In this document: positions 1-13,278 of the stretch, piece by piece
Layout: each line of letters opens with the position of its first letter
How positions within the stretch are numbered: position 1 is the stretch's first letter
Assembly (NCBI GenBank): GCA_026026165.1
Contig: JAPEUD010000074.1
Location: forward strand, 1 to 64,000
Source: Sarea resinae
Taxonomy: Eukaryota
DNA length: 64,000 nucleotides
Direction: 5' to 3'
The notes under the pieces: generated by a model
Databases searched by the model: none
Told to the model about the DNA's origin: nothing
The model's input: only the letters and a program-made list of their open reading frames with translations
Made by a program: the position numbers and the translations under genes

Positions 1-1686
1 CCCCCCCCCCCCCCCCCCCCCCCCGGCTGGAGCACTATTGCGGCGGCGCATCGACACGTTGAGAGTAGCTCATACCGTTCCATCCCGCATATGTAGGTGA
101 GGTGCACTCTGGATCAGATTGGATCAATCGATACTTCGTCCATGGAAGGGGAGAGGTGTGCTTCTAGTGTTCCCTACTTGACGGATGCGATACCGTAGAG
201 TACTCCGTACATTCTGCAGAGACTCATGCGCCAATGCGATTTCTCCATGCTAATGCTTAATAGATTGAGGTGCTCCGTGCCCTTCCACGCTCCGTGTTGG
301 GATCAGGATCGGGCTCGTGCTCTGCTACTCGTGCGCGCTCAAGAGCAGCGATGGGTCGGAAGGGGCTGACTAAATGCTTGCTCGGGGTACTAAACGACTA
401 AACAGATTAGGGGCAGCTGAACCGAAGCTGAAGACGACTCGGCGTGCATAGCTGCTCTCCGATTGACCATGAACCTATGCTCGATTAGACGGCCATGTGC
501 GATTACTCCGAAACTGACCCTTCCCGCGTAGGTAGTCATAGCAGAGCTGTGGTCGTCGTCGTCGGATAGTCTCGACCTGAATATCTATTGCCTGGATATC
601 AGGAGAGAGAAAAAAGAAAGAGGAAAAGAGGGGATGGATGGAGCGAATGACAGATGTAAAGGATGTTGGCCGGCCTAGGTACCGTGACAAGAGAGCCTCC
701 TGCCGCGTCTATGTCCGCCCCATAGCGGGAATACGTACTCGATGGGTACCGTCCCGTACCTATATTCCTTAGGCTAGCAGTGCGACCCCGGAAATCCACC
801 AGATCGCGCGCCGCCGGCTCTCTCTACTCCTACTACCACTACCTTCCTACTGCCTCCTCTGCCTTCCGTTCCTCTAGAGTCCCTTTGAAAGCTTCCAAGG
901 TTGATTCCCATAGCTTGGCCTCTTCTCATGAGCGCCTCTCATCATTCCTCCATCGCCGTTCTCTCATCATCTTTGAGCTCTTCTATTGCCATCTAATGCT
1001 GCTCTTCAATGCGAAATCACGAAATGGTCCTCCAGGAAGTCTAATTACGCTGGCCGCCTCCAGACATCCGCTCACTGTCTCATTCTCGAGCTTCCCGTCA
1101 TTATAAGCCTTCCTGGTCGCCCGCGCACACCTCCGGGCTCACTGTAAGACGCGCACCGTATTGTTCGCGAACCTCTTTCAATCCTTGCGGCCGCGCTATC
1201 CCTCTCCCATTACAAACGCGGATACGCTTCTGGTTCCTTATACCCCTCCAGATTTCGATGCGACGGGAAGCAGCAGCAGTGTTACCAGCCGCGGAACAAA
1301 GAACACTTCCATCACGAGCTTTACATCTCCTGCAACTACGCACTGCTGTGATTGATGCCTCTCGCTCTTTCGCCGATCTAATTTTCAGTAGATTGGCCTG
1401 CCTAGCCCCTGCCAGCAAGAGTGACGAGGCCAGGACGCATTTTGTGGATCTGTCGGACATTGAGATCATCAGAGAGCATTTCGCCATCTGATCGCATATT
1501 GTTGAAGGTTTTTGGAGCGCGCTTTACTCTGCGCATTGTTGAGAATATCGATTTTGGAAGCAACATATCATTTCTTCACGAGCATTTGACGAAATCAACC
1601 ATCTCTGCACCCGTTCTGAAGGAGCGCGGAATCCGCATATCGACGAAAAGACCACCGTCCAAATTATTTGCTTCCGATCTGCAGTC

Positions 1687-3663
1687 ATGAGCTCAGCAGG
1701 CGAAAGTCTTCCGCGAAGTCCGTTCTCTCGTGAGCCAAATCAGACCGGCCCTCCCAGAAATATACCAATCCTGCCATCCACTGCTGCATCTTCCGAATCC
1801 CCTCGTGAGGATCCCATGGATGTTACTCCTTCAGCTTCGACACCCATGGGACCTCCGAGACATAGTAGCCCCGATACCGAGCACGCTGGGTCGGGCAACA
1901 ACAGTGTGTCCGCGGAGGGGGGAGGATCGAACATGTCTGAGTCTGGCCCAGGATTGGGAGCGGCAGCGGCGGCGGCAGCGGCAGCCCAACAACCCAAAGT
2001 CGTACAAACGGCTTTCATACACAAATTATACAAGTACGCATGATGGGAGCCCTATCTAGATTCATAAAGCTAAGTTCATACAGTATGCTGGAAGATCCAA
2101 GTATTCAACACCTCATATCATGGGCACCGACCAACGAGAGTTTTGTCATGTCGCCGTCAACAGAATTTTCGAAAGTTTTAGCGTGAGTAGACCACTTGTC
2201 ATCTTCGAGACTTGAGGGGCATCCTAACAAGGCTAGTCAATACTTCAAGCATACCAACATTTCTTCTTTCGTACGACAATTGAACATGTATGGGTTTCAT
2301 AAAGGTAGGTGATTAGGACACTTTGGTCTTTGGCTCCTTACTGACCATCTCGCAGTGAGCGACGTTTTCCAGACTGGCGCGCCTGACACCCCTCTTTGGG
2401 AATTCAAACACGGCAATGGGAATTTCAAGCGAGGTGATCTCGTTGGGTTACGGGAGATCAAGCGGCGAGCATCACGGCATGCCCTAATTCACCGCGACTC
2501 ATTCTCATCTGGACACAAGACGACCACTACGCAGCCTGGAACTCCCGCAGAGCCTATGCCCGATGCCACAGAGGCTCGACTAAATGGGCTAGAGCATTCT
2601 CTATACGACATGCATTCTCGCCTCGTCCGGGCTGAGGAGGGCTATGCTCTCATAAATTCACGTTGTCAGACGCTGACGGAAGGGCTCATGCGAAGCCATC
2701 AGGTTCGTCTTGTACCTTGCAACAAAAGCACTGTTAACTGACGGAGTACAGTGGAATCAGGATCTGACCGGGTTCATTATGGCACTAGTACCTGATCCGG
2801 AGAACCAAATGCACCGCGATGGTAAGTGTGGCCATGCCGTCTCTGTTTCGTGTTCGCTAACTCGTCAAGCCTCTATAATGCAAAAAGAGATATCCCGGCA
2901 AGGAGACATTTTACGGAGTATCGAAGACCCTCACGAGTCTCTTTTGTCGGGCCGTCAGCCATATTTCTCAAATATATCACTCGATGCAGCACCCCTATCA
3001 CCCAGACAGATTGCTCAAGACGATCCGCGCCGGCAGTCAATGCTCGGCCCGCCCCGACAAAATCTCTTCAGGCCGCCCGTGCCGTCTCATCTAGCAATAT
3101 CGCCCCGCAGGTACGGATCGATAGGTACCGCCAACTCGTCTCCAAACTCAGCCCGTTCCCATGTCCCTCCTCCACCTCCTCCGCCACCACAACACTCATT
3201 AGCTTCTGTTACCTCGCCTGCCGCCAACCTGTCCAGAAGACACACTTCTGCAGACATTCGCCTCCATGGCTGGCAGGCTGCTCCTGGTGGCTCACCTTTC
3301 GGGTCGGGGCAGTCATCGACGCAATGGCCATCCTCGCCAAATCGAACGCCAAACCCAGGCGATCAGCAGCTGCGCGACGCCCTTGCTCAATATGAAATAC
3401 GAAACTCTCGACCGCACGGTTCACGTCAGGCCACCCCTCCTCTAACAAGTGACACGACCCCCTCAAATCTCAGCGTCGAAAGCGGGTGGTCTTTTGGCGG
3501 ACCAAGGTACTCTCTAAAGCCGACGGATACGCCAGGACCCCCTACCAGACGTTCCAGTATGGCTTCGAATGTCCATTCACTGCTGAACCCGGCCGAGACC
3601 GCCGAGCGGGCGGACGAAGATGATCCAATAAGCGACGACCGAAAGCGGAAGAGGATGCAGTAG
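1687..3663 (+). CDS. SFL1: HSF-type DNA-binding transcription factor, Sfl1-like (6 exons)
   Basis: Spliced translation gives the HSF domain (AFIHKLYNMLED...FKHTNISSFVRQLNMYGFHKV...WEFKHGNGNFKRGD), a coiled coil, RRxS PKA-type sites and a C-terminal SNVHSLLNP motif typical of Sfl1 orthologues. Five GT-AG introns keep the frame. Confidence 0.88.
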
Positions 3664-4370
3664 CAACGCCATGTTCTCATTTCATTTGGAGAAGCTGCAA
3701 GGCACTCTCGATCCAAATTTCAGCCGGATTCTGAAGATGCTGTTTCTGTCTACTTGTACTATACCACCTTTCGCACTTGCAGTCTTTGCTGCGCTTATTC
3801 TTATTCTCTGTACTACGACATGGTATGAGAATGATGACTTTTCTTTTTGCTAGCGTTTTGGGCGGCATTTCTGATATGGATTGCCTTGATGGCATAAAAG
3901 GACAACGATGGGATGGGCTAGGAGGGATTAAGGAAAGTCGGCAATGGGGACAAGATGGCATGACTGAACAGCTAGAATTGAGGGTCTAATAGAGAATTAG
4001 AATTTTGCAAGTTCGGTCAATACGAAGATCAAAGCTCCTTGGATTAATCTCGAACGTCCTACTATTTTGTAGATACGTTGGGCTGTGCGACAACATTACC
4101 TCACCCGTAATCCGAACCTCAATGTACAGCTCTTTTGATCACTTTGATGAGCAGAAACAAGCAGATCAATCACCTTCGCCCCGAACAGCCGAATAAACGT
4201 GTACGAGGTCAAGGACGACATGATAGCAAACAGCAAGGGACTCTTCAAGGTAGCACATCAGATGGTGGCTTGATACCGCAAAAGGGGCCCTTCACATAGC
4301 ATAAGATGAACTCACACCACAGTATGAAAGAGCTCGTCGGATAGGAACGTGTTCGACTTGTATTGAGTGT

Positions 4371-5082
4371 TCACGACACCGCGCTGACTTCTGGTGCTTT
4401 GTTCTTTTTGTGCTTCTTCTTTTTCTTCGAGGATTTCTCAGCCAGCAGCTGATCCAGGTAATTAGTCGGCTTCGATAGCTTCTTGTCGTGTGCTGCAAAG
4501 CCGTCAAGTGCTATTTTTCCGGATCGTGCGATATCATCCGGCTCCTCTGTCCCCCCTAAATCGGTCTCAACTTTCCTTCTCTTCGATTTTCCCAAGGATG
4601 ATCTGCCGGCTTCCTCGTCATCATCGTCGTCGTCGTCGTCATCGTCCCGTCGTACAGGATCCGTGTTGGCAGCCTTGGTGACCGGTCTATGAGCGCCTAC
4701 TGAGTTTTGTAGTCCGCCTGGCTTTAATTGTGGATTCAGGGACCGCTTCCCGAGCAGCTTGCGTCGGAGTTTATCATTCGAGGACAATTCGCGGCGATTA
4801 GAGTCTCCTTCGACGAATTCTTTGGGTAACGGAGCACCGAGCCCCAGCCTGGGGTATGTGAGCAAACGCGATTGCCGTTAGACGAGCAGGACGATCTTAC
4901 TGCTGGGGTACCGGTGCAAAGGTGTCTCGATCTTCTCGTTCCAGATCCTCTTCGGATCTTGCACGAGCAAGCTCGTCAGGCGTTGGGGGAGGAAGCCATG
5001 AGGCGATGAGGCGCTGGCTTTTGGCTAAAGCGACATTGGCTCTGTTGAAGACGATGTCGGCCTCGCTGGTGGGACGCGACAT
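4371..5082 (-). CDS. Fungal DUF3245-like protein (basic/acidic, likely nuclear/nucleolar), 2 exons
   Basis: N-terminus DIVFNRANVALAKSQRLIASWL, then LGLGA and LRRKLLGK, with a poly-D stretch and a K-rich tail. Intron 4849-4900 (GTAAGA...CAG) joins the two ORFs in frame. Confidence 0.8.
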
Positions 5083-5436
5083 CCGGAGAGTAGGGCGGAG
5101 CAGAGCAGGAGATCCCGGTATGGGGAGGGTCTGGAGAGGTAACCAGAATCACGATCTGCGCAGCAAAAGTGGCATGCTTCAGTGGTGTCTCTGAGGGGAA
5201 GGGTCTCCACAGTCACCCGTGTGGTCCGTCGTTTCCTCCGTGTTTCCGCCATGTGATGACATCGGCAATAGCCGTTCGCTCGTTCAGGAAAGCCTACTGC
5301 GCAGTCCTGCCCCGTCCCCGAACGACTACTATTACTACTACCATTACCCCAAGCTCTCCCCCGGAATCACCTTCTCTCCACATCTTATCCTCTCTCAACT
5401 CCACATCTTCATCGAGACAGACTCATTGAGGCCATC

Positions 5437-7266
5437 ATGTTCAAACTCGCCCGCAGTCGCCCTCTGGCGTCAGCGCTGAGGTCCGCCCGGGTATGGAAAC
5501 CTCTTCTTATCCGAGCTCCAGATACGCGGATTGGCGGAAACTAATCACTTCTCGACAGGACACGCCGCTGAAGAGTTCTGCGGCCCAGCAAGCTCGCTTT
5601 CTCTCAATTCACGAATACCTCTCAGCCGGTCTGCTCAAACAAGTGAGTACGCCGCCCCTTCCGTTCTCCCGGAGCTGACGCGTTGCTTCAGTATGGCGTC
5701 GGTGTCCCCAAAGGCGAGGTTGCTCGTTCTGCGGCGGAGGCGGAGGCTGCCGCCAAGAAGATCGGTATGAATTAGCTCCGTGGATCTCGTTCACCCGGTA
5801 TGAATTTGTCTGATCTGTGTAGGCAATGATGACTTGGTCATCAAGGCCCAGGTCCTGGCTGGTGGTCGTGGAAAGGGCCACTTCGACAATGGTCTAAAGG
5901 GAGGAGTCCGAGTCATCTATTCGTACGAATTGCCCTGAGACCTAAAACTGAAGCCCCGGAAAATACTGATCTTGATAAATTACAGGCCTACTGAGGCCAA
6001 GATGTTCGCTGAGCAAATGATCGGTCACAAGCTTATCACGAAGCAGACTGGAGCTGCGGGACGTTTATGCAATGCTGTCTATATCTGCGAGCGGAAGTTT
6101 GCCCGTCGTGAATTCTACGTCGCTGTGCTCATGGACCGACAAACTCAATCTCCTGTCATCATCGCTTCATCGCAAGGTGGTATGGACATTGAGACGGTTG
6201 CGAAAGAAAGCCCAGAGGCAATCATCTCAACCAGAGTCAACATCCACGAGGGAGTTACCGATGAGATGGCCCAAGGAATCGCTACCCAACTTGGCTTCTC
6301 CGAGCAGTGCATCGATGATGCCAAGAACACGATTCAGGCTCTGTACAAAGTTTTCATGGAGAAGGATGCAACTCAGATTGAGATCAATCCCTTGTCGGAA
6401 ACCTCGGACCATCAAGTCCTCGCGATGGACGCCAAGATCAACTTCGACGACAATGCCGACTTCAGACAAAAGGAGGTCTTTTCATGGAGAGATTTGACGC
6501 AAGAAGACCCCGACGAGGTCAAGGCTGCGAAGTAGGTCGTCACTTAACCTGAATTTGAGCGCAGTGCTGACAGACCAAGGTCTGGCTTGAACTTCATCAA
6601 GCTCGATGGTGATATTGGGTGCTTAGGTATGGCTCCCAAGTAGTGCATCCAGGAAAATCGCTGATTCACAATAGTCAACGGTGCTGGTCTTGCTATGGCT
6701 ACCATGGACATCATCAAGCTAAACGGCGGTCAACCCGCTAACTTCTTGGGTAATTAAATTTTCATTATGGTATGGATGACACTCTGACACAGTACAGATG
6801 TTGGCGGTGGGGCTACCCCTCAAGCTATTCGAGAAGCTTTCGAGCTCATCACCAGCGATCCCAAGGTGACGGCCATCTTCGTGAATATCTTCGGAGGTAT
6901 CGTTCGCTGCGACGCCATTGCTCAAGGTCTCATCTCTGTCGTTGAGAGCATGCATCTTCGTACTCCCATCATTGCTCGTCTGCAAGGCACCAACATGGAG
7001 AAGGCACACCAATTGGTATGAATTTGCTATCATCTCATTAAAAATTACTCGTTTTGAGGCTAATTTTGTTCGCAGATCAACGACTCTGGCCTCAAGATCT
7101 TCTCTATTGAAGACCTTCAAAATGCGGCCGAGAAATCTGTTCAATTCTCCAAGGTCGTGAAGATGGGTAAGCTAGCCCAGAAAGTTTATCTTAACGGCAT
7201 GGCAGCTGATCCTACGTTCTAGCCCGGGACATCGACGTTGGCGTTGAATTTACCCTTGACATTTGA
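5437..7266 (+). CDS. LSC2: Succinyl-CoA ligase beta subunit, mitochondrial (10 exons)
   Basis: Presequence [10 protein letters not shown], then [44 protein letters not shown] and [12 protein letters not shown]. Nine canonical introns; ends EFTLDI-TGA. Confidence 0.97.
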
Positions 7267-8211
7267 TAGCTTTGCATGAGACCTTCTCTTCGCTGTTGTA
7301 TCATGGACGTGGACTTCTAGAGGACCTTTGTAGTACCACAGCGTCTTGTCCCATTTTTCTTTATATATGTGAGGTTTGACCTGTCGGCTTCTGTCCAGTC
7401 AATGTATCTGAGGGGTTCGCATCAGTAGATATGGATACTCGTGCATTCATCTGCGGTGTGGAAATGAATTGAAGTCGACTCGAAAGCACAAACTGAATGC
7501 AGCAATGCACAGATCAACCATCAACATCAATCTATTGGCGAGTCGTCGTGCGATAATGCCGCAATGATCAAACAGCTCTTCTCCCAAGTAATAATGTCCC
7601 ACAGAATAGTGGCAGACGACATACTCCGTAGTACTGCGCACGACCACTCCTACCACGGAGATACGGCAGTAGAGTGCCTACTGCGTGCGAGCACTATCAG
7701 CAACAAAAGTCCATGTCGACGGCATCGTCAATTTGTCAAATCATGATGTTTTGGGTGGAGCAGTGTGTGGCCGCTGTCGCGTTTGGCTGCGTCTCGGCTC
7801 GTCTACTTTCTCAGATTATTTCTCGATCGAGTGCTTGTTCCACAAGCTAAGTCGCGTTGGGCAGGTCGTTATCGCAGCGGCCATGGTCCCCACGGTCTCC
7901 ATGGTCCATGGATGATTCCTTCCACGCCACGCGGGGACCTTTATCAATTTAGGCCCGTCGCCCGCATAGCAGCCAGTGGCCACAGATCGTTACCAACAAC
8001 ATAAGCAATTGATATCGGAAAGCCATGCACAGATCGCCGCAGACACTATTACAGACTCCTACCATGTGCCATCTTCCTTTATTCCTATCTCCCATTTCCC
8101 ATTGCTTTGCCTCCCCCCAAGCAGTCGCTCCCAAGGATATGCACAGGATTTCTGCCGGGTCGGCATTTTGAAAGAAAGCAACCGCGAGACGACATCTGGC
8201 AGAGTAGCATC

Positions 8212-10219
8212 ATGGCAGCAAACGACCCTGGTCTTGCTCCTCTCGGGGCCCTAGCCGAGGATCCCAAGAAAGGCGGCATCGAGGCCACTGACAGCTTGGA
8301 GGAAGAGCAGCCAGTGGCACCTGATCAGTTCGACGAGCGGTATCAAACCTCGAGGTTTGAGCTTTGGGCTTGGTATGCCTATTACATTGGCAATAATGGC
8401 CTCACGCTGTTCAACTTTGCGCCGACGGCCTTTCAAAATCTTCTCTCTCAAGCTGCCGGCGATAGCGGTCTGTTGCGTTATTGCGGGAAGTAGGTTTTCG
8501 TGTCATGATGCAACAAAGTGGCTTTGGCTGCGGGAAGCTGATTTGTATTCTAGAGAGCGCGATATCAATAGCATTGTCCTTGTCTCCAATGGCATCTCGT
8601 TTGCTTTACAAGTGGTGGTGTTCTTGGTGCTTGGCAGTTTTGCGGGTCTGAACACGGACATGCCAACCATTGATGGTATTGGGACTGACCATCGCAGACT
8701 TCGGAACTTGGCGACCGAATATCCTCATCGGCCTATCATTCGTGGCGTGGGGAATTGGATTTGGGTGGCTTGGCGTTCATACGCCAGAAAAATGGCACGT
8801 TGCGGCGGGGCTCTATATAGTTGGATGTGAGCACAGCTGGACGTCCAAGGAGTGCCCGTGGCTGAGACTGACGGAATCGCAGTAATTGCTTATCAGACGA
8901 CTTTGACTTTTTGGACTGCAGCGTAAGTCTGCCTGGACCTTACAGATATCCTTGCTTACCAATCCACAGCTTCCCAGGACTTGCACGCAACACAGTCGAA
9001 CTCCGCGACAAAGCCGAGGAGTTCTCATCGGGAATCATCACCCGTGACGAATACGACTTCGCAGACAGTATGAAGCGAAACGAGCTCTCGAACATATCTT
9101 TCTACATCCAGTCGCTGGGCGAGATTGTCATCCTTGCCATCATTGTTGGTATCATGTTTGCCGAACACGTCAATGCAAGTGAGAGTAATAATAATTGGGG
9201 CTTGAGCGTGCTGATTGCATTTGCTACGGGTGTGTGGGTGTTGCTGTCCTTGCCGTGGTTCTTCATGGAGAAAAGGAGGCCTGGGCAGAGCGTGCCGGAA
9301 GGCATGAATATAGTGTCCGTAGGATTTTGGCAGTTATACCGGGCTATCACGCAGATTTGGAAGCTGAAACAGAGCTTATTCTATCTGATTGGTGAGTATG
9401 CCTTTGGATGTTCTATGTTCATTGCCTTGCTGAGAATGGCTATAGGCTACTTTCTCCTCGGAGACTCCCTGAACACGACCGTGACCGTCATCGGTACGCT
9501 CCAGAACTCCATCGTATCGTATAACACTCTGCAGCTCAATTACCTCCTCCTTGTCGGTATTGCCGCGCAAGCAGTGGGAATCTACTCCTTCTGGTTCATC
9601 CAGCAACGCTACTCGCTGAGTACGAAAACTATGTTCAATGCCGTCGCCGTAGGCATCATCCTTCTGGATGGCTGGGGCATGATCGGAATTTGGACGCAGA
9701 AGTTCGGCTTTCATCATCTTTGGGAGGTATGGGTCTATCAGACATTTTATGGGCTGTTCGTCTGTCCATGGTACAGCTATTCACAGATCATGGTAAGTCA
9801 ACTTTTGGTTTGTTTCGCACGCTGCACAACCTCCCATTCTACTTCCCTCCTGACCGCCAAATCCGATGCTAAATGGGCTCGTTTCTCTCTATGGGCAGAT
9901 TTCAGAAGTAACGCCGCGCGGCAAAGAATTCCTCTTCTTCAGCCTCTTCAGCATCATTGGCAAGACGTCCTCATTCATTGGCCCTATCGTCTCGAGCGCC
10001 ATCATCGACGCCAGCCCACACCACAACAATTCGACGCCCTTTTATTTCCTCTTTAGTCTCAGCCTCGCCAGTTTCCTCTTCTTGCTGTTCTTTGTCGACC
10101 TGAAAAAGAGTCGCCGCGAGCAGGAGGCATTTCTGGAGCAGGAGAGGATCGCTCGGGAGAACTTGGGCGGGCCCAAAGTTGGGAAAGACGGTGCTACTGG
10201 GGCCGAGGAGATGTTTTAG
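8212..10219 (+). CDS. Atg22-family MFS vacuolar/amino-acid efflux transporter (7 exons)
   Basis: ELWAWYAYYIGNNG, multiple TM segments, and ISEVTPRGKEFLFFSLFSIIGKTSSFIGP. Six GT-AG introns restore a continuous frame. Confidence 0.88.
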
Positions 10220-11061
10220 AGTGATTGTTTTCTTCCTGGTTTTGGAGATTTGCTTCTCAGGGGGTATTTTGAGGGGACGAACGGATTGCATATCATAGGC
10301 GTCAATCAAGTATGGCTCATCCCTATCGAGAGCGAAATCAGCGTGTGCAAGTTCCAGTCCGTTCAAGAAGGGTTGCCTGAAATGCTTTCTCCCGTAGTTT
10401 TGAAAGGGCAACAAGGGACATGGATATCTAATCTAATCTGATCTAATCTGATTCGGAAGGGATCGAAAATGATGGCCTCGGGCTTCCAAATTATCTAGAT
10501 ACTTGAGGATTCTTTTGTATTAGGCCTACTACTAGAGGTCAGTGCTATACTCTCTATATGGTTTTCAATTGAATAGTATTACTGGTGGGCCCTAGACAAT
10601 AGCGAGCTTCAATGCAAGGAGGCCTATTGAAAGTCGAAAATAGCAGACAGAAAGGGCTTTGAGGAGAGCAAGGCGATAAGATTCCACCCAGATTTATATA
10701 TGACCCAGAGTTGTGAAAGCTGACGTCCAGCTTCACTGATAACTATCTATCCTTGTACTTTGTATGGCTATCTCAGCCTTCACATAATGTGCCGTGCTCG
10801 AATTGTTTTCATTCGAACGAGGACTTTCCATCTGCACGGACGACGGAGATCTACCCCACCCCACATCAGGCCCGATGAGGAAAAGCTCGACGCAATGCCC
10901 GACCAAGTACGCAAGAATCCCTGCGTGATCTTAGAAAAATAAAAAACCCATGAAAGCAGAACATCGTTCGAGGGGCAGAACATCATTGCTAAGATTCCAT
11001 CTTCTGCTCTACCACGCGCCTCCGATGGTGTCGACGCTGTCCATACGTTTGTGTCGCCTTG

Positions 11062-12360
11062 ATGCCGAGGAGAGGCCCCGAGAAAGAGCAGCCTGGTGAG
11101 GGGGAGAGTCCTCGTCAGAGGCAGAAGAGCCTGGATGTGCCGAGATATCTCCTGTCGCCCGGCGATGAGGGATATCGCACGCCGACGATCGAGGACGTTG
11201 AAAAGGCCGACCGTCAGTACCAGGCCGACCGCGACCGTCTGTTTCGCGCGTTGTCGAATTACGAACAGCAAGCCGATGGGCCGCTGGATAGCCCGTCCTC
11301 GGAGCAGGAGGGGCAGCAGGAGAGCGGATTACATATGAGCGCTTTAAGCTTGCGAGAGCGAATACGGCATTTTACATGGGGATTCTTCACCATGACCATG
11401 GCGACCGGCGGCATAGCCAATGTGATTCATACCGGTCCGTCTCCTTTGTCGTCGACGGCTGTTTTCACAGACGACTGATATTCGATATAGTCCCTTTCCA
11501 TTTCCACGGCCAGTACGCCCTCGGCTGCATCTTTTTTCTGCTCAATATAGTCCTCTACATCATCAACGTCTCGATGATCTCCATGCGATTCATTTTCTTC
11601 CCACGAACGCTGCGAGCCTCGTTCATCCATCCCACCGAGTCGCTCTTCATCCCCGCCAGCGTTGTCAGTCTGGGCACGATCCTGCTGAACATCAGCCAGT
11701 ACGGACTCCCCCGAGTGGGCCACTGGCTGCACACCACGATGATGGTGATGTTCTGGATATACGCCGGCCTGGCCATGATCTTCTCGGTCGTGATCTACTT
11801 GATGATGTGCGTCTTCGACAACGCCCCTGAATGCTTGGCGATCCCCGACTGACCCATTTCCAGGTGGTCGACCCAGACCTTCACCATCGGCCAAATGACC
11901 CCGATCTGGATCTTCCCGGCCTACCCGCTCCTCATCATCGGGCCCCAGGGTGCCGTGCTCTCCAGCACGCTCGCGAAAACCCGCGCATACGACATCGCCA
12001 TCGGCGCCTTCACCTTCCAAGGAATCGGCTTTATGGTCTCGCTCATGATCTACGCGGCCTTCATCTACCGGCTCATGACGCAGAAGCTGCCCAAAGAGTC
12101 GCTGCGGCCGGGCATGTTCGTGTCCGTCGGACCGGCGGGCTTCACCGCCACGGCCGTCGCCAACATCGCCGGGAACGCGAGCAGGCTTCTCCCCGCGGAC
12201 TTTATGGGTAATGGGGCCCTGGCCGCTGATATCGTGAAAGTGGTGGGTAGTTTCTTCGCCATCTGGCTCTGGGGGTAAGTGAGCTTTTTCGCTATTCCAA
12301 CCTCTTTACTTTATCAGCACAATCGACTCTCTCCAACGTCAACAGAAAACTAATCCCCCT

Positions 12361-12391
<31 letters not shown>

Positions 12392-12825
12392 ACAGTCTCG
12401 GCATCTGGTTCTTCCTCGTCTCCACGGGCGCGCACCTCTCGTGCGTCGGGCCGGGCAAGCTCGACTTCAGCATGACCTGGTACAGTTTCGTGTTCCCGAA
12501 CACGGCGCTGGTGACGGCCACGTTCGCCATCGGCCACGCCTTCGACTCGCACGCCATCCAGGTCGTCGCGTGCGTCATGAGCGTCGTGCTGGTCGCCGCC
12601 TGGCTCTTCGTCTTCGCCATGATGGTCCGCGCCATCGTCCTCAAGCAGATCCTGTGGCCGCAGAAGGGCGAGGACCGCGACGAGGGCGGCTGGAAGGGCG
12701 ACGCCCTCCGCGGCCAGATGCATGATGCCTATGTTCCTAATGGGAACGGCCGAGGCATAGGCGTGGGCACGGGCTTGGGCTTGGGCTTGGGGGTGGGCGT
12801 CATGCGGAGGGTCGGCACGGCTTGA
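11062..12825 (+). CDS. SLAC1/TDT-family C4-dicarboxylate (malic acid) transporter, Mae1-like (4 exons)
   Basis: RERIRHFTWGFFTMTMATGG, HPTESLFIP, MTPIWIFPAYP, RPGMFVSVGPAGFT, WYSFVFPN and ILWPQKGED motifs. Confidence 0.92.
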
Positions 12826-13278
12826 TGATGGGGGGTGGGGGGGGGGGGTCATCTCTAACCGAGGATGAATGGACGAATGAATGAATGAATGGAGGGAGGG
12901 AGTGGTGGAGCGGTATTGGACTCTGGGTTGCATTTCAAGCGGACGGCGTTCGGGGCAAAGGGGGAAGTGCTGGATCGATAAATCTTATACCCGTAGATAC
13001 ATGCCCTAGACGGAGAATACGACGTCGCGGTGGCCAACGCAGTACATTTTTACTATTCCCTTGTAGAATAGAGTAAAGCCATCGATCCGGTCCTATCCGA
13101 TCCTATCTGACACCATCTGATCCCATTTTGATTTCCTTTGCGTCTCCTTTTTCCGCTCCATCGTGCACACCCAGAACAAGAAAAAAGAGAAAAGAGAAAA
13201 GAGAAAAAAGCTTTCCAACGCCGCCCGCCCGCGCGCGCTCGGTACATATCAGCCAATGCTTTGATGTCGTTTGACGCG

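Noticed and set aside
3661..3828. TAG-CAA readthrough extension of the Sfl1-like gene
   Set aside because: Only a partial match to the CARYYA readthrough context, and the extension has no recognisable features.
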